DNA of 64,000 nucleotides from the NCBI GenBank assembly GCA_965655095.1, contig OZ296650.1, positions 115,320,001-115,384,000 of the forward strand, given 5' to 3'. Positions 1-10,370 of this stretch are shown one piece after another. The notes beneath the pieces were generated by a model that saw only the letters and a list, made by a program, of their open reading frames with translations, made no database searches and was not told the DNA's origin. A program made the translations under genes and the position numbers. Source of the DNA: Haplodiscus bocki. Its lineage: Eukaryota. How positions within the stretch are numbered: the first letter of the stretch is position 1; every line of letters starts with the position of its first letter.

Positions 1-1
1 A

Positions 2-1164
2 TGTTCTTTGTATGAAGTCACTAAACTACTTATTATTACCTAACACATAAGCCAATTATGAAGTTTTATATTCACATTACGATATTACCGCATTACGTAA
101 TATTTTTTGCTTCCCATTAGTTATGAACGTGATTAAGTATTTTATATATATTCTACATCTGAGCTGCATCTGCATCACTGTGCACTATTATATGCTAATC
201 TCACGCTACTTGTAATTGAGCGTTATTAACGTTATGGCCATATCAGTAAACATCATTGATCTTGTGCAATATATGTCAGTTCAAGTTACGAGCTTCCATT
301 TCCGTGCTACGAGTGAAAATTTCACTCTCAATTCAAGCATTATTGCTAAATGATATCTAGCAAGGTGCGTCGCTCGTGTTGTTCAACCATTTGGACGGGT
401 TAAACAAAAAGGCGCTTCAATGAGCTGTCATATATATGTGCTGGAAACTATTGCTTGTGAATCTCCACCATTTAAGTAATCATTAACATCACGAACTAAA
501 GACATCAGCCAATCAAAGTTAAATACCTAATTGAGGCAATTGTGATGGAGTTGCGGCGAGATTAGCGATATCTTCAAAGTGTTAATGAAAGTGCTGAAGC
601 AAATAGCCAATTTTAGTACAGTATAGTGTCACGTGACGAATTACCGACAAGCTTTAGTCATTAAACAACTTTACCAGTTGAAATTAACAAGACTGCCCAA
701 CAGTCTATAGTTGACATCGTTGACAACCATAATTCACAACAATCCTTTAACACAAATCTCTGCCATCGTTACATGACTAATTTTGCATTGTAATTGTTAT
801 CAACTGAGTTTTGCATCCCATATTCCTTCAATTCAAAAATTAACTGTTAAACGACTCCTGTATTTCAGTATGAGCGATCCCAACAACAGAGGAGTTAACA
901 TTGCTGAAACAGATGACGAAACGAAGAGTCTAAATGCATAAGATATGGCAGTTGTCAACAAAGTTGATGGCAGCACCGGTACCCCCATTACCGCATAAGA
1001 AGAAGTAGCACGACAGATTAGAGCAGTGACTGGACCGTTGTCCAGACAACTGGAACTCTTGAGCAATCTGTTGAAAGATATACAGCGAAGCTCTCTTAGG
1101 CGTAACGAAGGGACTAGTGGGTTGGCTCAAGGCTAATAAAGAGCCCCCAACACTAAGTTTGACA
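2..1164 (+). mobile_element. Solo LTR of a Ty3/Gypsy-type retrotransposon
   Basis: Starts TGTT (2) and ends TTTGACA (1164). Homologous to the reverse complement of 22530-23536, the LTR preceding a Gypsy gag (shared blocks ttcc..ttcgtgct..agtgaa, agc(a/g)aggtgcgtc, cctaa(c/t)acataag). The 3' part reads EEVARQIRAVTGPLSRQLELLSNLLKD, versus EEVTRQIKTLTD*LSKQLELLCDLKRD in the other LTR. No PBS follows. Confidence 0.75.
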
Positions 1165-2599
1165 TTAATGCGTTCAGTGTGAACCCATCTAAAATCGCTT
1201 CAAAAGTGTCGCGGCCTCCGTGTCTAAAAGCTTTATCTATCTCAACGTTTGAAGATGGAATGAGCCACAAAACTGCAAGACTTTCTGTTAGAATTACAAA
1301 TATTTGAACTACATCCATCAAATTGTGAAGGTGACCTTCAAATCAAAACCCAGATTCTACACGAATCTTTGCAAACAACTTAAATTATATCACAGCACTT
1401 TATAATAAAGAGGAATGGAAAGTTTACTATAGATCATTCAGAATCGTTCGAGAAGTTTTTACTAAGATACAAAACCTTACAAAACTTTCCTTCACTTCTG
1501 CCTGCATTGTAAAACTAGCCCGCTTAAAATTGCTCGCAACGGCCGCATGTAAACAGTTGTTCAGATGGACTTTTTCGTAGGCAAACTTTTCGTAGGCCAT
1601 TATTACCAGCGGCTTCTGCTGATAACCGGTTGATATTCATCTGTGGCTTCTCAGGTAAATATCATCTTTGCACACTTTGAGACATTACTTAAATTGTCCA
1701 AGATGTGAATTGCAAGTACCTGTCTTTTTCCTGTAGCATGAAAATCTTATTTTCGTTTGGCCAAAGTTTTCGAAAATTGAAATGTTTCCGGTTGTATATC
1801 TTTAACGATAACGGTAAACCTAGGACAACCTTATCACGCAATATGCTTCTTACTTCCAAAACCAACTCCAGCGTGTTCTTTTGTAAGCTAAACTCGATGA
1901 AATTGTCTGTCTCGAATTCATCGTCACTTCGTGTATTGACAGTGAAGTGTTTCGATTTTTCACTTCCTAAAGGGTCCAGCTGAAATTCAACATTCCCATG
2001 GTGTCTTTCATGGGTTTCATCAATTCTCCCAGGAGTGATGATATCATGTAACTCAGATAAGCAGAATACAGGTGACCAGTCAATTCAAAGGAACATTTCC
2101 AGGCGATGATGTTAATTCTTCAGTTTATCTTACTTGATGGATCTTGACATGTTAACTAACATATTGAAGTTCAAGTTTCAACGAAAGTTTGCTCGGGTTC
2201 ACGTTGAAAATAATTGTGACTAATTTTGCTTAGCCACTACAAAACCGCCTGAGGTGAGAAAATACAGAAACATCGTAAAACAATTTACAGAACTAATGTG
2301 TTAATAGTGGTTAGAAAAGTACTTGATGTAACAACACGTTAACTGAAGTTCGAATCGGTATCCTTTACATGTAGATGTAGAGTAACTTGATAAATGCTAA
2401 GCTGGAAAACTAGTAAGGTAGTCTTCGGGATGACGAAAATTTTTCATAAGTCCATTACCGTCTTCAATCCGCAGTTCCATATATTTGCTCTGTAAGATGG
2501 CAAAACGCCGGAGTATGACAGTCTGCCCGCGATTTTTGTCCTTTCACAGCTCGCACATGAACATAGTAGGATGAATCTAGTTCAAACCAAGGATCAATT

Positions 2600-2680
2600 G
2601 GCAATTGGGCGAGTGGTTAATGATGACAGCCATGTGCGATTGGTTACTACGAGCAACCGGGATCGAAATCCAGTTCAACG
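2600..2680 (+). repeat. Possible degenerate tRNA-derived (Pol III A/B box) SINE head
   Basis: A-box-like GGGCGAGTGGTTAA (~2607) and B-box-like GGGATCGAAATCC (~2659); no complete cloverleaf. Confidence 0.25.
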
Positions 2681-4229
2681 AAAGTAGTCTGCCCTCGATA
2701 TTTCCGTTTTTCTCAATTTGGCTTCTATTTTTTTGAGAAAACGAACAATATTTTCGTTATTGGGAGAGATATTTCTTAGGTTAAGGAAGTGTTTACCAAC
2801 TCATTCCAAATTGAAATTTTCTGAGTTTAATTGATATTTTCGCCGAAACTCCAAATTGGTACAAGAACTATAAGATTTGTATCTTTCTCGATACTGGGCT
2901 AAAATTTGGACCACAAAAGTAACTTTTGCTACTTTCGCGCGATTTATCACTTTTTTCTGTAGAATTTCAAGTTTTTCGGTCTCAAAAATTCAAAACTAGG
3001 ACAAAAAAAAATTTGAAATTTTTGCTATATTTCCATAAAAAAAAAGGGAAAAAAATGTAAACATAGTGTTTAAAAAAGGTTTAATTTGCAGTAATTTTCA
3101 CAACTTTCCTTTTTTTGCTTGCTATTAATACTTTTAATAAATTAGTACAAATTGTTCGACTTCGAGGATTTGTTCCACATTTGGAAATTTCGTCAAAAAA
3201 CGCGTTTTTAGCGTTTTTAGCGTTTAAAAAACGCCGATTAACATCCAGTTTGCCGAGTTTCTCTATTTTTTTGCATTTCTGATTTCAATATCAATTTCTA
3301 GCAGCGTGTGCCCAACTAAGGCAAAAACTAATACAAATTTAGTAAAAGACCGTCAATCTTTTGGCCTTTCTGGGGCTTTCTATGGCTTAAATGGCTCTCT
3401 GCGTCTCCAAAGTCAACTAAAGCAGCTAAAAGTGCATAGTTTTCCTGAAAATTTGCACTTTTGCATTTCTAATCGACCATCTTGTCACTAGGTCAAACTA
3501 TTAAGATATAAATACACAAAATAACTAAATACAAGAAGTTTCACAGTTGTTCCGTTGAGAAGTTTTCGTTGTTTCAAAGTCAGCAAACCAACGAATTTCT
3601 TCAACTTTCTCGGAACCTTCACTAGGTTGACTTCCAACTCTGCATTTCAGCTGGAAGTGGTGAAAACTCATATGTAAGGATCAATCTTTCAACAACGCAA
3701 TAATTATGCATATTTTTGCTGTAAAAATTCGTTTTTAGCGTTCCTTCATCGAAAACCGCTAAAATTACAAGTTTTTAATAATTTTGCTGTGTTGCATTCC
3801 GATTCATGTTTGTGAGTGAGAATCCAGCTAAACTATGTTGAGAGTGCTGATTTTTGAGGAAATTCTCGTCTTTCAGAACTTCTATGCAAAAGGGTTCTTT
3901 GTCCTCCGGGGTAAACCTGAAACTGCGACAGTTTACAATATTCCACACACTGCTCGTTATACTGCTCCCTTTTGGCTACAATTGCATCAGAAATGGTTCA
4001 AACGCAACTGCTAATGCTACAAAGTCCTCAAATATAGTTTTTAAAAAATGAAAAACCTCATATGTAAGAAAAAAATCACGCTTTCTCGCAGTCAAAAAAA
4101 CTTTGCTTTGTTTCAGGAAAATCTGCCGAATGATGTCTAGGTAGTCTGGATAGTCTGGAAAACTTCAGTTTTTTTAAGGAAATAGGATTTTATTTCGATC
4201 GTCCTGGAAGTTTTCATTTTGTTTCCAAC

Positions 4230-5460
4230 ATCTTCTGTTCTGTAAATATGGTTACTGCTGCTGCAAATTTTTGGGAAAAAATGGAATATGTTTTGCCAGT
4301 TTTGCGAAGATCGGCTTTGCCTCTGTGTTTGATTTACGCAAACAAATTTTAAAGCAGAGTCATGTGCCACTTTGTTTTTGACTATCTGTTCGCAACTCGC
4401 AATATTTCATAGATTCTAATTTTCGAAGAACTTATTCGTGCGTTCTCGTTAGATTGCAATTATTTGTTCACGCAGCCGTGTTTCCAGTGTGCGGGTTTGC
4501 CACTAAAGTTTTTTTTCAGGTACAGCGATGTTTTCGCAACACTTTGAGCAATCTTGCTGCCAGCATGTAACAAGGTTATTGCTGTCAGATTCTTGTATGA
4601 CTCTGCGCCGTTGATTTTGGAAAGGCTTTTCCAACGTAACGCCCCTTGCCACATCCCGCTTTAAGATGGCGAAATCGGATTGGTGAAAGATATCCTGGGT
4701 TTCGTACTTGAAATTGGGTTCTCTTATGAAATTCTATTCTGATCTACTTTAAAGAAATCGCCCAATTAGTGAAAATGCTGACCAATTCAACTCCAAGATG
4801 TGAAGTTTGATTGACTCCTCTGGAATGACAGATTACTAAAAGGATTGAAAACAACCAACATTTTTTTCTTCTAAAATTACCTTTTTATGTTCCGATATTG
4901 CTGTAATCAAAATTGGAAAGCAGCGGTAATTTTTTGTTTCCTCGATAATCCCCAATTGGACACCCAATATGTACTTTTATAAGCCGTTTGCAACACTTTC
5001 CGTGTGTTTTGTGATTTAAATGATTTACGAGAATCTGTCCGTTTTTATCCTGGCATTCAAAGCAGCACTATGTTTAATTCCATAACCTCATTACCGTTGC
5101 TAGCAGGCTGTTTTCTTCTTTAACAAGCTTCACGCTCTTGCGCTGACCACTTTTATGGTCTTTTGATACTAATGAATATTTCTTCGAACTGTCTTTTATT
5201 TGGTCTAGCAAATTCAATTGTTACTCCACCATATACTACACCATATTTCTGGATGTTCGCAATTACCCATATTGAATTTCTGATTGAAGAGTTTTCAATT
5301 TTTACCTGTATTTTGGCATTTATACACTTTTTTGACTATCAACACACCGCCCTGAAAATATTGCTGACAGTAATCAGATAAAGTGCCCTCGATGAGATAT
5401 ACGGTTTCGGGCTATGCGTTTGAGTTTTGAGATCACATAGCAATCATTCAATCAAGGACT
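4230..5460 (-). mobile_element. Degenerate Penelope-like retroelement (RT thumb, linker, GIY-YIG endonuclease)
   Basis: Minus-strand fragments in PLE order: GVVYG (thumb-like, ~5235), REPN (~4720), GCGKGR (~4640, Cys linker), SNNLVTCWQQDCSKC (~4535-4580) and QTRTLETRLREQ (~4465-4500). The last matches the GIY-YIG 'GQTxRxLxxRxxEH' motif. Many stops and frameshifts. Confidence 0.6.
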
Positions 5461-6791
5461 TTATTGTTGTCAACGAGAAATTAAAGATTTTTTTTCGCTA
5501 ATGTGCTAGTAAATTTGGGGATTTAGATTCATTTTGTTTTCTACAAGTTCAATGTTATTCTCCCGGGTTGACCTGACATGCAAAGCATACTGTGCACCAT
5601 AAACTGCCATACAAAAGAAACAGCTTATCGTAAGGCAATTAGTTTCCTGTTTTTTTATGGTCATAGTATGAAATGTCTGTCAGCCATAAACTTATATGGC
5701 AAACTAAAGACTTTAATCGTACTTTGTATGATCATCCAACGATTTTCATGTTTTTCTTGAAGTTTTTCGGGAAAGAACTTTCAATGTCTTATTTACATAG
5801 TTTTGAGTAATCAAAGGTCTCAAAAACGTCAAGACCTGCCTGTATGAATGAACGTCATCAACTCTCAGAGGTTCACTTTTGTTGCGGGTGTACTAAGTTA
5901 TTAATTGTTTACTATTGTCCTCGCTAGCTAATATTGCTGAGTGGCGTGTGCGGGCATATGTCTGCGTTATCGTGTAAGAAAGTCTCAAAAGCTTACTTTG
6001 TTATTAGCTTTGTAAATTTGCCTTGCTAAGCCGCGCGAACAAAGTTGCGTAAGTTCTACTTGCAAGGATTTGGTGAGCAAAGAAAGAGTATGAACTAAGA
6101 GATCAATTATTTAATGAATATACGGAAATGGCAGTCAACTTGTACAAAGTAAATGTGTACAAGATAAGATGAAATTTTGGATGGGTTAGATTATTAAGGG
6201 TGAGATTTGAGAAATCCAAATTAATAATTTTCAGCAGCCATCTTCCAAGTTTTATAAAACTTTCTACAAATCTGTAACAATTATCATATCAATTTTAACT
6301 GTAATATACCCGAAAGAAACTGTAATTATAACTGTATTATATCACTATCGTACTATCCACGTATCAGGAGATATTATCACCATTGTATATTTTTGTCCCC
6401 TTGAAGAAGAATATCAGCCAGTATCGCCAAATCCAAAGTATTTATCAGAATATCCGAAATATTCGAGGAGGAATCTTTTATGAAAAATTCGAAGTTTAAG
6501 GCATCGCAGTGTTTAATAAATACAATACATCAAATCAAGTATCAATTTATAACTGATATTTGAATTATTCAATGAAAGAAAATAATAATTGAAAACAATA
6601 AATTTACAAATCTTTCCAAAGGTTTTTGGAAATGTTTAAAATTAACTAAGTTGAGGTAAGTTTTGGCAGTTTTTTACTTTTGGAGCTAGGACGAATGGTT
6701 ACATTCGTTGTTTCTAGCTTGGCTTTTTTACCTTTTGTTTTGTTTTAGTTTTATTTTTTATGTTGTATGTAATCAATTTAACTAGGACTTC

Positions 6792-7030
6792 GGTAACATG
6801 CCATAAAGCAGTCAACCGAGTCAATTTCCTTAAGTTCCTCCTTCAGTCAAGTGTTATCCACTGACGAGGCGCCTTCACGTATTTTAATTTTAGTTAGTAA
6901 GTTGTCTGTTTTCCCTTTTTGTCTATGACTATGGTAACGTGCATAGAGCAGTTAACCAAGTCAGGTCTCTTATGGTCCTCTTTTGGTCAAGTGTTAATCC
7001 ACTGACGAGGTGCTTTCATGTATTTTCCCT
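6792..7030. repeat. ~140-bp tandem duplication (third degenerate copy ~7160-7230)
   Basis: Two copies of ggtaac..gcata.agcagt.aacc.agtca...gtcaagtgtta.tccactgacgagg.gc.ttca.gtatttt. Confidence 0.8.
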
Positions 7031-8062
7031 TTTAATTTAACGACTCAGTACTTCTTTAACATAATAACTGGCCGAGAAATCTTAGTCCCCTTTTTGTCCA
7101 CACCGTGACATAGTGCTCGGATTTCGTAGGAGGGGTTTGAATTGTTTTGGCTGTTTAGATGTTATCTATGACTAAGTGTTACTCGTGTTCATGGTTACTG
7201 AGCTGTTTCTCTTATGTTCCCTTGTCTCAAACGCGGTAGTTTACTGGCGTAATTGTTGAGTGGGTTTATCTTTTACTTTTGCAATTTTCGAATAACCAGT
7301 AGTTTATTAACTGACTGGGTTTGAAATGCAAAAATCTGCTAAGAATTTCTAGAGAGATTTACTCCACTAGCAATTGAAATGATAAATTCACGGATACCAT
7401 CGTAGGAGTCGGAGAGATGTATTGAAGTTGGTTTTGTCATCTGGGTGTTGGTTGATATTGAAGATTTGGGTTTTTCTCGATGAAGTTTGATAAGAGAAGG
7501 TTTAAGTAAAAGAAGTTAGGAATTGAGGCGAAGGTCGAAAATAGTTTCGCCTCATGGTATTGAGTAGGTGAATTGTAGGCGAATCAATATTATGTTTGTG
7601 CACTGGGCATTTATACCCGGACGGTCACGTGTCCTTGCTGATTTGGGCGAGAGCCAATAGAATCATTCGGTGAGCAATTTGGGAGCAAGTAAGTTGGCTC
7701 TTGGATAACGGAATTTGCGGCTAAGACAAGTTTTGAAATTGTCTTAGAATATCTCTAGTTGAAAAGACGAGGAAATTTGGCAAAGACTAGTTTTGAAATT
7801 GTCTTGTAATATTTCAATGATGAGGATTTTGATTTGAAATCATGATGAGGGCGAAGAGAAAGAGAGTTTAGCCTCGGGGAAGTAGGCTAGTTCACTGAAG
7901 AGAGCGAAAGAATAAAAGAGAGCGTACAGGGTAGTTATACCCGGTTATGGCGCAATCGAGCGATCGTCCAATAGGAGAGCGCCTGAAGATGGCAGTGTTT
8001 GCTGTAGGATCATTTGATCGGCATGAAGAGGTGAGGAATTGCGGTTTTTCAGATTCATTGAG

Positions 8063-8243
8063 GTTTTGCGGCTAAGTCAGAATTCGACTTAGAATATTTT
8101 CGACTGATGAGCGTTTTGCGGCTAAGTCAGAATTCGACTTAGAGTATTTTCTCTGATCAGCGTTTTGCGGCTAAGTCAGAATTTGACTTAGAATATTTTC
8201 GCTGATGAGCGTTTTGCGGCTAAGTCAGAATTTGACTTAGAAG
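8063..8243. repeat. Four ~49-bp tandem units, each with a CTAAGTC-loop-GACTTAG palindrome
   Basis: gttttgcggctaagtcagaatt(c/t)gacttagaatattttc..ctgatgagc occurs four times. Related palindromic units lie at ~7715-7815 (ctaagacaa...ttgtcttag). Confidence 0.9.
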
Positions 8244-10027
8244 AATTTCGAAGATTGAGAAGGGCAAAAGAAGAGGAAATTTCAAACTTTTTAAGAGTAA
8301 GGGAGAAGAGGAAAGAAGAGGGTAAGTTGTTGACGGTAGGCGAGTGAGTGAATTAATGATTCTTTCAGTCGTGCCAAGTGACTCTAAAATGGCATCATGC
8401 CGTTTTTTCATGCCACCAATAGGAAAACAGCGCATGTTCGACATGTCATACCTACTGGCCAATAGGCTGATAGTAGAATTTGGGAAAATTCGAAAATTTA
8501 ATTTTTCTTCAATTTCATCATCAATTTGTGCAATTCCACCCGAGTAACCCCATAATCTCCCCACTGTCGCCATAATGGTGGCAAATACTTATTCGTAAAT
8601 ATAATCCGGGACTTGGCCGTCGTATGGTCTCATATTTTGGCGTTATCAGCTTTCGTATTTTCTGAGTTACCAGGGTTTTCTATTTGTCCTCAAATATTCG
8701 CTGCAACTGCTCTGGGGCTCCTGCTTGGTAAGTCAACTATATTTCCTTCGTAATCTTAATTAGCTCGTAATTCCTGTATAATTAACAAATATACAAACTG
8801 CACTGATAGATTTTGGTGTTTATCTAAAATCTGAGAATTCTCGAGCTCTCCATTTTGGGCTGAAATCTCTCGAGGTCAGTTTCAACTTTTCATTACTATA
8901 ATACTATAAAACTGCGATTTTTCTTTAGGATTGAGCGGTAGTCATAACGCGATACTTTCCGCCTTTTTCCTTGGATAGAAAGACTCATAACTTTGACCTA
9001 GTTTGTCCAACACTACATCACGTAAAAGATACTTTTCGGGAATGGGATTTCACAAGATCTCCTTTTTATTTCTAGGCAACCAAAGATGAACGTAGATGGC
9101 ATTTATTATGTTCCCCAATCATATTATTGCCCGAAATTTTGAACGTCACACTTTCCTGTAATATTTTCCATGACTATTTCAACTCAAATTTTTGTTTACT
9201 AGAATACCTTATCATAATCTAACAAAATTCGCGCACGCTTTTCCATATTATGGCCATGCTATGGTACAGTGTATGGCTTGCATGGAGTCAAACTACATTA
9301 TGGTCTTTTTATGACTTGGATGTTACCATTAACTTCTATGGAACTTTCTATGACTTTAATGTTTTCGTCGATCACAATATACGACTTTCTATGATTTCCA
9401 TGTTTTTTGAATTGTGGTAAACCCAGTCAACTTTATAACTTGCAATTAACATGTTTTGGTGAATGCTAGTTGACTTTGCCTAATTTTCAAGGCAACTTCA
9501 TCAGATTTTCTTCGAAAATCAGTAAACGCGATTTCTCCAATTCAAGTGCCAATAAAACTTGTAATACTTGATTGAATACTGCATCTGTTTTACACGTTGA
9601 TGACTGCTTGTTTTGATTGCTTTAGCGGATTAACAATTCGTTCCAACGAATTTGTTTGCTTCCGTGCGGCGTTAGTTTCAAATTGATTTTTGTTGTATGA
9701 GATCGGCTGATCATAGAATTGAGTTTATTTTCGTGATATACCGAAAAACAAATTAATCCATAAATCCCCTGCTTCTCGGCTCTCTTCCTTATCTGTTGAT
9801 GAATTTTCATCTGCGGAAACCACAGTTCGCCCTGATGCGTCTTTTAGCTCAAATTTGAATGGCGTTAATCTAAATATCCTTTAAGAAAGTCGTCGTCTAT
9901 CTCCTCAAAAACTCAACACTGCTTTCTGATATGAACTTATCTGAATTAATTTTCTACAGACGTAATTACGAAAATGTTCAACCTCGCAATTTGCAGCTAC
10001 TGGTTCCAATTCTTTAATGGAATATTT

Positions 10028-10370
10028 GGACCAAACGAACCGTCTCTCGAATCCCCCACCCCACCCGACCCCAAAATGACCAAGTGAACAATCTGGATAA
10101 TATTAGTTATCTGTAGCTGATCAGTATTGATACCGTTGACTTAAGCACCACCACATCGTCCGTATGAATGCCCTCGGTACTCTCGGAGATAATTACCTGG
10201 CGTCAATAACAACAAGTGATACTCCTAGTTGGATGCCTCTGATACTCTTAGGTGGATGCCTCTGATACGAATATTGGTTTTTCCTAGCATCGATTGATTA
10301 AAGTAACCTAGTGAACTATCTCTCCCCCCTAGCAACAGTTGGGGGGGGGGGGAGATTGCTCATTTGATCC
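10028..10370. mobile_element. Merlin-like MITE (GG...CC termini, 8-bp TSD)
   Basis: Imperfect TIR GGACCAAACGAACCGTCTC / GAGATTGCTCATTTGATCC. Perfect 8-bp TSD GAATATTT (10020-10027, 10371-10378). Internal 23-bp tandem gatactc..ag.tggatgcctct. Confidence 0.75.

Larger units (their letters stand above)
5841..8935 (-). mobile_element. Non-coding (non-autonomous) LTR retroelement-like insertion
   Basis: On the minus strand, an LTR end CACCATTA (8580-8573) is followed directly by PBS-like TGGCGACAGTGGG (8572-8560). A purine-rich AAGGGGACAAAAATATA (~6402-6386) is followed by CAATGGTG (6385-6378), the inverted match of the other LTR end. No gag/pol-like ORF. Insertion limits come from comparison with the second copy of the host element. 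Confidence 0.5.
5562..9427. mobile_element. Non-autonomous TIR DNA transposon, copy 1 (split by a 3.1-kb insertion)
   Basis: Ends CCCGGGTTGACC... and ...GGTAAACCCAGT. 5562-5840 matches 25651-25920. ~8935-9427 matches 25940-26000, 28494-28865 and 29629-29680. Confidence 0.7.

Noticed and set aside
1165-2200. Minus-strand retroelement protease/RT relic (KVVLGLP, FEGHLHNL)
   Set aside because: Only two weak motifs and no catalytic residues; not enough to call.
2300-2360. tRNA gene (AGTGGTTAG ... GTTCGAATC); similar motif at ~32487-32540
   Set aside because: No cloverleaf stems; at most decayed SINE heads.
6855-7015. Hammerhead cores (CTGACGAG twice)
   Set aside because: No downstream GAAA and no stem I pairing.
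8063-8243. CRISPR-like array or tandem hammerhead ribozymes (CTGATGAG in the units)
   Set aside because: There are no unique spacers and the context is eukaryotic. The hammerhead core needs GAAA after stem II, but GGCT is present instead.
9480-9530. Minus-strand minimal hammerhead (CTGATGA..GAAA with an upstream hairpin)
   Set aside because: The cleavage triplet would be CUG (not NUH) and stem III does not pair.
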